Shown: positions 1 to 9,486, numbered from the stretch's first letter. The stretch: 64,000 bases of DNA from Candidatus Methanofastidiosum methylothiophilum (GCA_001587575.1 LNJC01000003.1:2937-66936), one strand, 5' to 3'. Numbers and translations: made by a program. The notes: a model not told the origin generated them from the sequence alone.

Positions 1-580
1 CTAGAATTTCATTTTGCGCTTGTGAAATATTGATCATTGCCCTTGCAATACGTGGGTCTATTGAAGTTGGGGAAAAGAATGGCCTTAGTTGAGGTTTTCT
101 TTTGTTAAAATCTTTCTTGTTTCTCTCAAATATCTTCTTTCCGATGAATATTCTTTTCTTAAAAATAACTCCAATTATTTCATCTGAAGGATTTGTCAAA
201 TCTGCTTTTATTTTGTCTTCAAAATATTTTGAGATGGATTTTGCAATAATAAGCTCAAGATTTCCATATTCTTTATTATCTTTATTTTTGACTCTAACTT
301 TGAAAGTTCTATCAACATTAAGGTACAATCCCCATTCTATCTTCGATAATAATTTATTAAAAGTTTCATCTACCACTAAATCAGAAACAATATCTAAAAC
401 AAAATGAGTTAAGCCCAGCCTAGAAAGAAAAGAAATATCAGGTTTACTTATTTTAACAATTAATAATTGACCTTCGGCATAAACAGTTTCATATTTTTTA
501 CTGGATGAATCTAACAATGAAATAACTTCTTCTTTCGCAAATGAAATGCTACTGCCAGATAAGAAAAATAATAAGTTCAT
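1..580 (-). CDS. THUMP-domain RNA (guanine-N2) methyltransferase, Trm14-like; N-terminal part only, gene runs off the window start
   Basis: Reverse-strand translation from ATG at 580-578 gives MNLLFFLSGSSISFAKEEV... and continues without a stop to position 1. It contains the motif RPFFSPTSIDPRIARAMINIS typical of THUMP/N2-G methyltransferases (Trm14/TrmN-like). Its start is 0 nt from the PCNA stop (TAG 581-583), so the two are translationally coupled. The gene is absent from the ORF track because it is truncated at the window edge. Confidence 0.45.
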   Translation of the reverse strand, partial: MNLLFFLSGSSISFAKEEVISLLDSSSKKYETVYAEGQLLIVKISKPDISFLSRLGLTHFVLDIVSDLVVDETFNKLLSKIEWGLYLNVDRTFKVRVKNKDNKEYGNLELIIAKSISKYFEDKIKADLTNPSDEIIGVIFKKRIFIGKKIFERNKKDFNKRKPQLRPFFSPTSIDPRIARAMINISQAQNEIL

Positions 581-1330
581 CTATATCTCCATCGGAGCAA
601 GGTATAAAGTGAAACGACCATCTTCACCTACAGGGTATTCAAGTTTTAATGGAAGTTTTGTACCTCCAACAGATATTTTAAGATAGTCAGATAGTGTATA
701 AGCATTTAAAAAACTTAAGATATAGTTTAAATTATATTTTGAATGAAGAGTAGTTTTTGATTCAAATTTTTTTATTGATTTTGAATCTGAAGTGATTTCT
801 GCTAGAGCTTTGGAGGTGTAATCCTCAGATAGAATTGATAGATTATTTTTATGAACTGAAAAAAGAATTGTCCCTCCAATGACTGCCATGTCTTTTATAA
901 TATCCCTGAACAATTTGCTGTCAATTTCAATGAAAGTTGAGTATTTTGGATTTAACTTAGGGATATTAAAATTACTAGTTGAAAGTAAAGTAAATTCAAA
1001 ATTTCGTCTAATATCACTTTCTAAAATAAGTTCAATCTTTCCAGCTTTAGAGTTCACATCAATTAACAAAGATTCTGAAGGATGCGCCCTTCTGCATATT
1101 TTTGAGAAAGAGTCGATATTTATTCCAATAGATTCTTCAGAGTCTACTTCATAAGTATCAAAGTTTTTAGAGGGTATTAAAAATTCTACTTTAGAAATAA
1201 GCGAAGGATCTGTTCCTTCAATATATAACCCGTCCTTATTTATTGTAAATAGACACTCTCCAGTAAGTTCAGATATCGATTCAATAACTGACTTAATATC
1301 TGTTATATCTTTAGATATGAAACGGGACAT
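581..1330 (-). CDS. pcn: DNA polymerase sliding clamp PCNA
   Basis: The 249-aa ORF has the length and sequence pattern of archaeal PCNA, with three-fold pseudo-repeats and an acidic C-terminus (MSRFISKDITDIKSVIESISELTGECLFTINKDGLYIEGTDPS...). A TATA-like element lies about 45-60 nt upstream on the minus strand. Confidence 0.85.
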   Translation of the reverse strand: MSRFISKDITDIKSVIESISELTGECLFTINKDGLYIEGTDPSLISKVEFLIPSKNFDTYEVDSEESIGINIDSFSKICRRAHPSESLLIDVNSKAGKIELILESDIRRNFEFTLLSTSNFNIPKLNPKYSTFIEIDSKLFRDIIKDMAVIGGTILFSVHKNNLSILSEDYTSKALAEITSDSKSIKKFESKTTLHSKYNLNYILSFLNAYTLSDYLKISVGGTKLPLKLEYPVGEDGRFTLYLAPMEI

Positions 1331-1370
1331 TAAAACACGTATAAGTTTCTAAAAATAGTTATAAAAGAGT

Positions 1371-1393
1371 TTCGTATTATATATAAATAAATC
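1371..1393 (-). promoter_or_regulatory. putative archaeal TATA/BRE promoter for the PCNA-Trm14 operon
   Basis: The minus strand reads GATTTATTTATATATAATACGAA about 45-60 nt upstream of the PCNA ATG, in the 64-nt gap after the upstream gene's stop codon. Confidence 0.35.
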
Positions 1394-4300
1394 TTAAATT
1401 GAATCCTTCTTCTTTCCTTTTATTATTTCTTTTGGATCCGGAGTTGAAGGAGAATTTCTAGAAAAGAAGTGAGAATTAATTTCTTTTTTTCCTTTAATTA
1501 CTTCTTTTACATCAGGTATTGGAGTATAGGTATCGCTTGAACTAGAAGGTCTTTTCTCTAATAGTTCTCTAATAGAAGCAGGTATTTCTGGAGAGGTATT
1601 GTTATGCCTAAAGTTATTTGTCCAGGAACTAGTCTTTTTAGTAGAACCGTTGTCTCGTTCATTAAATGGATTTTCTGGAGCCCCTTTATTTTTGTTTTGT
1701 CTGAACTCTTTGTAGGCTCTTTCTACGGACGGAGGCAAATCCAAATCAACATTTTTAGGAACTACCCTACCTTTAATCTCCTTCAATTGTTCTTCTTCGA
1801 AGTCAATCCGCTTCTTTGTTTCAAGCTCATTAATTTCATTTAAAATTTTAGATTGGAATTCCTCAAGTTCTTTTCTATCCATTAACTCTAACTTAGAAAT
1901 ATTTTCTTGTTCGATACTTTGTTCTGCTATTTCGATATTTCCTTTCCTTTTTTCAATATCTTCTAATGTTTTAGATATTTCTGACCTTAGGGATTCAATT
2001 TCAAAAGAATCGAGAGAGTCTAGTTTATTCTGATCTTGTAAAGTTGATTTCAGTTCTTCTAACTCTTTTCTTATTTCTTCAGGGGGCCTAAATTCTACCA
2101 TAGGTGGCCTTATAATAACTTCTTCCTTTGCAATTGGTCTTATTGGACGAGAATATTTCAATTCAGGCTTTGAATTATTAGTAGATATCTCTTTTATTGG
2201 TGGTACGCCTTCACCCATACCATTTACAGATTCAAGTTCTTTTCTCAAAATGTCCTTTTTGATATCTTTATCTTCCTGTGATTCATAAAGATGGGATAAT
2301 GAAAAAGATTTTCTCTCTGGAGGTATCCCTTCTTTTTTCTTTGAAAATAATGAAAATTTATTTTTTTGTTTTTGCTTTATTGCAGGAGGTGCAACTTTTT
2401 TGCCAAGTAGTTCTTGATCAATTTGGTCTTTAGTTAATATTTTACTATCTTCTTCACGCTTTACAAAATCTTTAAATTTATTCTCTGCTTCAAGGCTTGG
2501 AGAGGGCGGTGTTGGAATTTTTTCTTTTGAAGGTAGTTTTTCCTTTTTAGAAAATAGCCCGAAACTATTCTTTTCTTTTTTTGACTCGCTAGATAATGAT
2601 TTAGCTTGACTCTCAAATGAAGCAATTGGTATTTTTTGCTCAGATTTAACAACTTTTTCTTTTTGTTTAGAGAAAAATCCAAATCTCTTTTTCGATTTTA
2701 GTTTTTCTTTTTTGTCAGTATTAATCTCTGGGGGTCTCTTATCATCTTTTGTTGCCAACGATCTATTTGAAGAAGGCCCCTTTGACCTTACTGACCTAAA
2801 GGTTGAGTAACCTACTATAGATAATATTAATACAATTAATGCAATTACGATATATGGGGCATATGGAGAGGCTTTGAGGTCTTCTATTGTTTTGGTAACA
2901 GATTGTGGAACATTTGGCAAAGTAGTTTGAGGCACTGCTTTTGCTTTCACACTGATTGTAGTCCTTTCAATATCAAAAGATTTTATTTCTTCAAAAACAT
3001 TTTTCCAGTAAAATTTAGAATCTTCTAAGATAAAAGCTCCTGATTTTGTAGCCTTTATCTGTAATTCTTTTGATACTTCACTTCCGCCCTTTATTTCTCC
3101 TATAATAATTTCCTTATCTCCGGAAACTATCTCAAAGCCAGGGGGAAGAGCTTCAACTAATTTAACTTCGTATATATCATCTTTACCCCAGTTTTTGACT
3201 GTATAAATTATTTTCAATGTTTCTCCTTCTTCAATATCATTAGTAGAAATAGTTCTAGAAATTGAAGGGCCCCAAACAGTGACCAATGTAGGGGATAAAG
3301 ATTTTGTACCTTTGACCCCCCATTCGTCCTCATATGTAGATAAAGTCTGGCCAATCTGATATTCTCCACCTTGAGAAGGCACTAAAGTGTATCTTAAAGT
3401 TACCCTCTCTTCAGGTTTTAATTGTCCACCCCAATAATTAATACCTGTTGTTAATTGAAGATTTGAAGGAATTTTGTCTTCAAGTCGAACATTTTTAGCA
3501 TCGCCATCTCCTGTGTTAGTAATTATTGTTACTACAGGGATGATGTGACCAATTCTGATAACATCAGACTTATACTCAGATTCTTGCCTTAACAATTGTA
3601 TGTTTGGGGTCCTTCCTCCTACTGTGATATTTGTTGAAGATTCAGATTTAGCTTTCTTTCCAGCTATATCTTCAAATTCTGAAGAAGTATTAATCGTGAA
3701 AATTTTATCCTTATTTTCTTGAAGAACTCTGACAGTGAATTTAGTTGTCTTTGAGTCACCTTGTTTTAGAGTATCAACAAAGCCCCCTAGTTCTCCATCA
3801 ACGAGTTCAATGTCTCCGGATATAGAATTAATATAACTTATTTTTTTTGCTAGACCGTCTCCTGTATTAGTTAATGTCAGGACAACGTCTACATATTTGT
3901 AGTCTGCAAATGAATAATCTTCATTGAAATATTGTATATTTGAAATTGATATTTTAGGTTCTCCATTTACTCTTACAGAGGTACCTGCTGCGATATGTTC
4001 AAAGCTATGGCCTTCAAGGTCATAATATAATAATTTTGTATCCCCGATTTTGTATTCTCCGGGATAGGATGCAGTTATTATATATTTAAACATTCTTTCC
4101 TGTTCTGGCTTTAGTTCGGGAATTGTATATTCGATCCTCTTTGTTTTTGGATCATCAATCAATCTGAATCCTTCAGGGACAAAATCAAGAACTTGAACAT
4201 CTCTGGCAATCTTATTTCCAGTATTTCTAACAACTAAGACTACAATTACAGAATCCCCTCTGGATATTGTAACTCTATCCAATTTTTTAAGAATTTCAAG

Positions 4301-6361
4301 TCTTGGAAATTCCTTTCTTACGGTAACAGATTCAATTTTTGAAGATGTTTTGTATTTTTTACCTGCTTCATCTTCAAAAAGTAATTGGGTCTTAAAATCA
4401 AACTCGCCCATTTCGAGTGCTTTGACTTTATAGATTAAAGTGAAGGTTTCATTCTTTGCCATTTTATCAATGTTCATTGTTGCGCTACCATCGATTAGTT
4501 CAAACCCATCTGGTATATAGTCAATTAGTTTTATTTTTGTAGCGGTTATGTCTCCAGTATTCTTTATTCTGACTTCGATATCAGTAGTTTCTCCAACAAA
4601 AAGTTTTTCTTTCACTATATTTCTTGTAATTTGGAATTCCGGTTGTTTTGGGACTATTGTGATTAAAGTTTTATCTGTTTTTGAATAATCTTGAATTACT
4701 TCCTGTCCTTTTTCATTGAAGTAAGCCATTTGATATGACAAATCAATTTGAATTGGTGATACTTTTAGATAATCCGTTGGAGGAGCCTTAAACTTAAATA
4801 CAATGAGTCTTTTTTCACCGGGTTCCATAGATTTTATTTCAAGACATGTCTCTTTGTCAGAACCACAATAGCATTTGTTACCAGTCAAAAATGTGAAGTC
4901 TTTAGCTGTTATATGTATTTTGACATTTTTTGCAGGTATATCTCCAGTATTCTCAATCTCAGTTACATACCAAAAAGTAGTATCTGACTGAGGTTTTTCA
5001 ATTACATTATCAGTTTCAAATTCGAAATCTTCTGGCCTCATAATTGAATGTATTATTGGCGTCCAAATTACTGTAGTGCCACCAAGTTCATAGATTGTGA
5101 GCTCTCTAATGTTTTTACACGTGCTGTCTTTACCAAGAGTAACAATGTCGCCTCGTCGCAATTCACCTAGTTGAACGAATGAACCATTGACTTGCTTAAA
5201 GTTATACACGTATTGAATATTATTATTTATCTTAGAAACATTAAAAGAATAAGTACTACCATCAAATTCTACAGACCCTGAACTAGCATTAATATCAACG
5301 TCACCTAGGAGTACTGTTTTTATTCCTTCTTTACTTCCCCTTAAGAAAGTTCTATCTTTATCATCTATCTCTCCCCGATAGAGAGTTGTCAAATTAATTG
5401 ATAATTCAGGTTCTTTTCTTTTAGTTACTGTTATATGGAGTTTATATCTCCCAAAATAATTAGAATTTTCATGATCGTTAATTTCATTTATCTTTATTTT
5501 TATAATTTCATCTATATAAAGTGTGTCTCCAGGAACTACTACTTGTTGTATCACCATTGTTCCTTTTCTATATACTTCCAGAATACCTCTTTCTGGTGGC
5601 ATTACAGGATGCCTTCTTTGAAGGTCTTTTAGTAGTATAGTATAGTCACCTACAACTGTTAGATCACCAATCTCTATCCACCCCATAAAAACTGCATCAG
5701 GGTCGTAGTAAGGCCCGGGTAAAAGAACAAAATCTTGAGTTAGTACTGAAGGGAAAGGTGGAACTGTTACCCTTAACTTTTTTGGTAACCATCCCACTCC
5801 TGAAGCTTCTAGATCATAAACTCCTTCAACATTTGAAAGAGTATAGTTTCCTTCTGAAGAAGTTGTTGAACTTGCTAATACATTCTCTGTCCCGGGGTAG
5901 TAAGCCCTTACTGTTGCACCTCCAATTGGAGTTATCCCATCAGGTTGGAAAACTTTTCCTATTACGCTACCATTTGTATCTTTAAGTGTAAAATTATAAT
6001 CAGGAGAACAAGAAGTTGAGCAAGTATTGGCAATTAATGAAAAAGGATATTCAGATTTGTATCCGGGTGCATATGCCCTAATTCTGTACATTCCATGTTC
6101 TAATGGATATATGTAATATGCGCCATTAACATCTGTTGTTGCCATGCCTTTAATTGTTGGACAAGCATTGGTATCGCTTGCTTTGTAAGCGTCGACAATA
6201 GCACTTGCTATTCCAGGAGAATTTGAAGGATTTGTTGCATTATAATCTTTAACTTTACCAGATATTACACCTTGCGCCAAGACTGGAGTTGCAACAACGC
6301 CGACAACAAATATCAATAATAAAAATATATTTAGGAAGTATAAATAATTGGATTTGTGCAT
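1394..6361 (-). CDS. giant (1655 aa) cell-surface protein: Sec signal peptide, carboxypeptidase-regulatory-like/transthyretin-like N-terminal domains, multiple CARDB/DUF11-type repeats, one C-terminal TM helix and a ~440-aa K/E-rich cytoplasmic tail
   Basis: The N-terminus MHKSNYLYFLNIFLLLIFVVGVVATPVLAQG is a classical Sec signal peptide, not a class III one. Repeated NTGD-type motifs (ENTGDIPAKNV, IKNTGDITATKI, VRNTGNKIARDV, LTNTGDGLAKKI, ITNTGDGDAKNV, VKNWGKDDIYEV) are each followed by (I/V)P.GFE(L/I)(I/V).G, typical of archaeal CARDB/DUF11 surface repeats. The TM segment is APYIVIALIVLILSIVGYSTF. The tail carries three copies of K..F(G/S)(L/F)FSKK.E and a coiled-coil-like E/K-rich region. 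Confidence 0.7.
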   Translation of the reverse strand: MHKSNYLYFLNIFLLLIFVVGVVATPVLAQGVISGKVKDYNATNPSNSPGIASAIVDAYKASDTNACPTIKGMATTDVNGAYYIYPLEHGMYRIRAYAPGYKSEYPFSLIANTCSTSCSPDYNFTLKDTNGSVIGKVFQPDGITPIGGATVRAYYPGTENVLASSTTSSEGNYTLSNVEGVYDLEASGVGWLPKKLRVTVPPFPSVLTQDFVLLPGPYYDPDAVFMGWIEIGDLTVVGDYTILLKDLQRRHPVMPPERGILEVYRKGTMVIQQVVVPGDTLYIDEIIKIKINEINDHENSNYFGRYKLHITVTKRKEPELSINLTTLYRGEIDDKDRTFLRGSKEGIKTVLLGDVDINASSGSVEFDGSTYSFNVSKINNNIQYVYNFKQVNGSFVQLGELRRGDIVTLGKDSTCKNIRELTIYELGGTTVIWTPIIHSIMRPEDFEFETDNVIEKPQSDTTFWYVTEIENTGDIPAKNVKIHITAKDFTFLTGNKCYCGSDKETCLEIKSMEPGEKRLIVFKFKAPPTDYLKVSPIQIDLSYQMAYFNEKGQEVIQDYSKTDKTLITIVPKQPEFQITRNIVKEKLFVGETTDIEVRIKNTGDITATKIKLIDYIPDGFELIDGSATMNIDKMAKNETFTLIYKVKALEMGEFDFKTQLLFEDEAGKKYKTSSKIESVTVRKEFPRLEILKKLDRVTISRGDSVIVVLVVRNTGNKIARDVQVLDFVPEGFRLIDDPKTKRIEYTIPELKPEQERMFKYIITASYPGEYKIGDTKLLYYDLEGHSFEHIAAGTSVRVNGEPKISISNIQYFNEDYSFADYKYVDVVLTLTNTGDGLAKKISYINSISGDIELVDGELGGFVDTLKQGDSKTTKFTVRVLQENKDKIFTINTSSEFEDIAGKKAKSESSTNITVGGRTPNIQLLRQESEYKSDVIRIGHIIPVVTIITNTGDGDAKNVRLEDKIPSNLQLTTGINYWGGQLKPEERVTLRYTLVPSQGGEYQIGQTLSTYEDEWGVKGTKSLSPTLVTVWGPSISRTISTNDIEEGETLKIIYTVKNWGKDDIYEVKLVEALPPGFEIVSGDKEIIIGEIKGGSEVSKELQIKATKSGAFILEDSKFYWKNVFEEIKSFDIERTTISVKAKAVPQTTLPNVPQSVTKTIEDLKASPYAPYIVIALIVLILSIVGYSTFRSVRSKGPSSNRSLATKDDKRPPEINTDKKEKLKSKKRFGFFSKQKEKVVKSEQKIPIASFESQAKSLSSESKKEKNSFGLFSKKEKLPSKEKIPTPPSPSLEAENKFKDFVKREEDSKILTKDQIDQELLGKKVAPPAIKQKQKNKFSLFSKKKEGIPPERKSFSLSHLYESQEDKDIKKDILRKELESVNGMGEGVPPIKEISTNNSKPELKYSRPIRPIAKEEVIIRPPMVEFRPPEEIRKELEELKSTLQDQNKLDSLDSFEIESLRSEISKTLEDIEKRKGNIEIAEQSIEQENISKLELMDRKELEEFQSKILNEINELETKKRIDFEEEQLKEIKGRVVPKNVDLDLPPSVERAYKEFRQNKNKGAPENPFNERDNGSTKKTSSWTNNFRHNNTSPEIPASIRELLEKRPSSSSDTYTPIPDVKEVIKGKKEINSHFFSRNSPSTPDPKEIIKGKKKDSI

Positions 6362-6523
6362 TGTTCCACCTAGTTGTGAATATCCACTACCAATTATGAT
6401 TTAATACCTATATAAAGCTTTTGGTATTATTGACTAACAATAGATATTTTTAATTTTTAGAATTAGTAACTAATTCTTTTAAAAAAAATAGGAAATTATA
6501 GGTTTTAGATATTAATTTAGGCG

Positions 6524-6742
6524 CTATTTAGAAAGTCTTTTAATTCTCGCTAGACGTGCCCTTAATATTTCAAGCTCTTCTCTGGACAATCTGCCACCCC
6601 GTAATCGTTCAAGTTCTTCTCTTTGTAAGTACACTCTTACGCCCAAGACAATATTAATTATAATACTAATTATGGCTATAATAAAGATTATAATCCAACC
6701 ATTAATCATTATATCTAATAACGCCATAATATCATCTCCCAA
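6524..6742 (-). CDS. small membrane protein (one TM helix plus a C-terminal R/E/L-rich helix, SHOCT-like); overlaps the minD stop by 11 nt
   Basis: The 72-aa ORF lies directly downstream of and overlapping minD. It has a hydrophobic stretch WIIIFIIAIISIIINIVLGV followed by LQREELERLRGGRLSREELEILRARLARIKRL. Confidence 0.4.
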   Translation of the reverse strand: MGDDIMALLDIMINGWIIIFIIAIISIIINIVLGVRVYLQREELERLRGGRLSREELEILRARLARIKRLSK

Positions 6743-7502
6743 AAAGTCCTCCCATTAGCTTATTCATGGATTTTGTAGAAGGTTCAAATTCTGATTTTTT
6801 TCCTGCAATTTTTCTCGCAATCCCTCTAACAGCGATTGAAGCCGGAGATTTTGGGTCTAATAAAACAAAAGGTTTACCTAGTGTTGTTGATTTCTTTACT
6901 ATAGGATCTTCCGGGATATTTCCAATTATCCTAAGTTCTAGTATTGCTTCTATTTCAGGACCTGAAACTTCTGTTGGATCCCCTCTAACTCTGTTTACTA
7001 TAACTCCAAGTATTCTTGTGCCCAATTTTTCTGCTACAAGTTTAATCTTTAATGCGTCTGACAGTGAAGTAATTTCAGGATTTACTATCAAAAGCATGTT
7101 TTGGGAAGCTGCGATAGAAGTAACTGCATCTACTTCAAGTCCGGGAGGTCCATCAATTATTAATAAATCTACTTTTTCAACAAATAATTTGAATATTTGA
7201 TTAATTTTATCAGGATCTGATTTCTTTAGTCTTCTTAAAGAAAGTCCCGCAGGAACAACTTTAACACCGCCAGGGCCGTCATATATTATATCTTCAGGCC
7301 TTGCCTTATCTTCTAATACATCTTGTATTGTCTTAGGTAGTCCTTCCATACCAAATATTAACTCAAGATTTGCCATGGTTATATCTGCATCGAAAATTAG
7401 AACGCTGAGCCCAACTTCGGAAAGAGCTATTCCCAGATTAGCAGAAATAGTAGTCTTACCTACACCGCCCTTTCCTGAGGATATGACTAGTGACTCTCCC
7501 AA
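6732..7502 (-). CDS. minD: MinD/ParA-family P-loop ATPase
   Basis: The deviant Walker A motif is SSGKGGVGKTTISANLG. The 256-aa length and conservation throughout match archaeal MinD. Confidence 0.8.
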   Translation of the reverse strand: MGESLVISSGKGGVGKTTISANLGIALSEVGLSVLIFDADITMANLELIFGMEGLPKTIQDVLEDKARPEDIIYDGPGGVKVVPAGLSLRRLKKSDPDKINQIFKLFVEKVDLLIIDGPPGLEVDAVTSIAASQNMLLIVNPEITSLSDALKIKLVAEKLGTRILGVIVNRVRGDPTEVSGPEIEAILELRIIGNIPEDPIVKKSTTLGKPFVLLDPKSPASIAVRGIARKIAGKKSEFEPSTKSMNKLMGGLFGR

Positions 7503-7625
7503 TAAAATTCCTCCGTTATTTATAAAGTAAAAAGTATATTAATATATAAAATTATCCCTGATTATTAAGAAATCTGCAAAAAGAATAAGCAAAAACTTAA
7601 AACAGATTTTATTATTAAAAAAATA

Positions 7626-8123
7626 ATGATAAAAAATATTATAATAAGCAAATATGGAGAAAGTAATTATACTAAGATTATTTTTTTTATCAAGGGGACA
7701 TTAATTTCCATATTTCTTTATATTATAAGTGACTATACACCCATAAGAATTTTTACAGCTGAAGCTGTTAAGGGCGGAATAAATATTTTTGGAATAGAAA
7801 AATCACTTATCGTTGATAACAAATTTGTAGCAGTGGGTAATTATGAAATATCTAAGAGGTGTATTGGATTGGCGTCAGGTGCCATATTTACTGCACTATT
7901 CGTATTGTCTTCATTATCGTTATTAAAGAAAATAATTTACCTTTCATTATTCCTTATTATTTTATTGTTTTTAAATATATTAAGATTAATTGTAACAATA
8001 TATCTTTTTGAAGAGGGTTATAGCTGGCTTATAGCCCATGATATACTTGCATATACACTTGGGATTGGTTTTTCTTTTCTTGTTTTAATAAAGATAAATC
8101 CTTATATCCCTCTATTTAAATGA
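7626..8123 (+). CDS. small polytopic membrane protein, possible exosortase/archaeosortase-family (ArtE-like) protein
   Basis: The 165-aa protein has about 5 TM segments. A Cys sits in the motif KRCIGLASG, resembling the exosortase C.G..S active-site motif, and an Arg sits in NILRLIV, resembling the exosortase N..R motif. It is convergent with and overlaps a GT4 glycosyltransferase gene. Confidence 0.3.
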   Translation: MIKNIIISKYGESNYTKIIFFIKGTLISIFLYIISDYTPIRIFTAEAVKGGINIFGIEKSLIVDNKFVAVGNYEISKRCIGLASGAIFTALFVLSSLSLLKKIIYLSLFLIILLFLNILRLIVTIYLFEEGYSWLIAHDILAYTLGIGFSFLVLIKINPYIPLFK

Positions 8124-9143
8124 GATTTTTTTGTATACTTCCAAAGTTTTTATTGCAGTATTTTCCCAAGAAAATAGATTTGATCTTTCTAGAACTTTAT
8201 TGGAAAGATTGTTTCTGAATTCAGGATTTATTAGTATGTTTTCTACTAATTTCTCCAATTCATTAGTGTCTTGGGCCGTTAATCCCAAATCACTTAATAA
8301 ATAATCAGACCCAGGACTTGATAAAGATGCTACAGGTGTCCCAGATGCCATTGACTCTAAAATAGAAATGCCAAAGCCTTCTGTTTTCGAAGTTGATACT
8401 ACGCAAAGAAATTTATTTAGATATCTTTCTGTTTCGACTACCTCTCCTAAAAAAATAATATCCAGTCCTTGGGAAGATTCCAGAAGTTCTTTTTTTAGAT
8501 ATCCGTCCCCGATGATAAAAGCAGGCTCAACTATTCCTTTTGCTCTAAGTAGACTTACTAATTTAAGGAAATCTTTGGGATTTTTTTCATTTACTAAAGC
8601 TCCTATAAATCCTACGCCTTTTTTTTCATGTTTTTCAGGATAGAAACGAATGTGATCTACGCCATTTGGAACAAAAACAACTTCTCCTTTTATTAAATTC
8701 CTGATTTTTTCTACCAAGTCAGGAGAAACTGCTATTATAACTTGATATTTAGATAATACAAATTTGACAAATTTTCCTAGGATTTTCTTTTTTAGATGTA
8801 CATTAATATCGCTTCCATGAACTGTTAGAATTCTTTTTTTTCTAGTAAAGATAGACAATAAATAACCAAGCAATCCGGAAGTTGTAGCAAAATGAGCATG
8901 TATTAAATCAATATTATTAGTTCTAATAATATTAATACCTTTAAAAAAACCAAATATGATAAAAAATATTCCTCTAAACTTCTTAGGCAATTTTGTAGAA
9001 TAAACTTTTTCTTCTAATGAGTCGGAATAACTTAAAACAAAAACGTCTTGATCAAGATTATTTAATTCTTTTTTGAGTTGGGAGATATGAGTAGAAATGC
9101 CTCCAATTTTTGGAGGATATTCCCCAATCATTAGAATATTCAT
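8112..9143 (-). CDS. glycosyltransferase family 4 (GT1-fold, Glycos_transf_1)
   Basis: The 343-aa ORF starts MNILMIGEYPPKIGGISTHISQL..., typical of a GT4 N-terminus. The C-terminal region has the E..G.P(V/I)(A/I) GT-B signature (ESMASGTPVAS). Confidence 0.75.
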   Translation of the reverse strand: MNILMIGEYPPKIGGISTHISQLKKELNNLDQDVFVLSYSDSLEEKVYSTKLPKKFRGIFFIIFGFFKGINIIRTNNIDLIHAHFATTSGLLGYLLSIFTRKKRILTVHGSDINVHLKKKILGKFVKFVLSKYQVIIAVSPDLVEKIRNLIKGEVVFVPNGVDHIRFYPEKHEKKGVGFIGALVNEKNPKDFLKLVSLLRAKGIVEPAFIIGDGYLKKELLESSQGLDIIFLGEVVETERYLNKFLCVVSTSKTEGFGISILESMASGTPVASLSSPGSDYLLSDLGLTAQDTNELEKLVENILINPEFRNNLSNKVLERSNLFSWENTAIKTLEVYKKISFK

Positions 9144-9180
9144 AATAAAACTTATATCTTAAACGTTTTTAAGGTATTGT

Positions 9181-9485
9181 GTGGGCGGAATATTGGCTTC
9201 CCTTAGGGGAGGAAGCTCCATCCACCCGACCAGGATGTGGCATCGAAAGATGCTTGGTTAAACCCAAGGTAAAGGAACAGAAAAAAACGGCCTTTGTCTG
9301 ATGAAAATGATGTAGATAGAATTTGGCAACAAATTCAAAAACTACTGAGAAGACCAAGGATACGGTGGAATACCTTCCCACATGGTGCAAGACCAAACTA
9401 AAACCTGTGAAACCTGGTCTGAGGTTTGTGGTAGGTCGCTTAGTTCAATGCCAATATTACAAAAGATGGGCTATAGTCCGCCCAC
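9181..9485 (+). ncRNA. rnpB: RNase P RNA (archaeal type A-like), about 305 nt
   Basis: This is a GC-rich island in AT-rich DNA. A 9-bp terminal helix joins GUGGGCGGA (9181-9189) to UCCGCCCAC (9477-9485), giving P1. An adjacent helix joins AUAUUGGC to GCCAAUAU, giving P2. A short hairpin UCCC-UUA-GGGG gives P3. A CR-I-like GAGGAAGCUCCAU has a bulged U and can pair with the 3' GGGCU (P4). The element ACAAAAGAUGGGCUAUAG lies between P2-3' and P1-3' in the CR-V position, resembling ACAGAA.CCGGCUUA. GGUAGGUCGCUUAG matches the conserved GGGUAGGCUGCUUGAG (P15/16 region). A GAAA-capped hairpin GCAUC-GAAA-GAUGC is also present. The two overlapping 75-aa and 81-aa ORFs in the track are therefore probably spurious. 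Confidence 0.65.
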
Positions 9486-9486
9486 T

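Noticed and set aside
102-407. 101-aa plus-strand ORF at the window start
   Set aside because: It is antisense to the THUMP-methyltransferase gene, which runs continuously on the minus strand from 580 to 1.
9181-9485. Alternative interpretation of the structured RNA as SRP (7S) RNA
   Set aside because: There is no GGAAGGAAGCAGC-type helix-8 motif on either strand, and the central region is AU-rich. The P1/P2/CR-V/P15-16 arrangement fits RNase P better.
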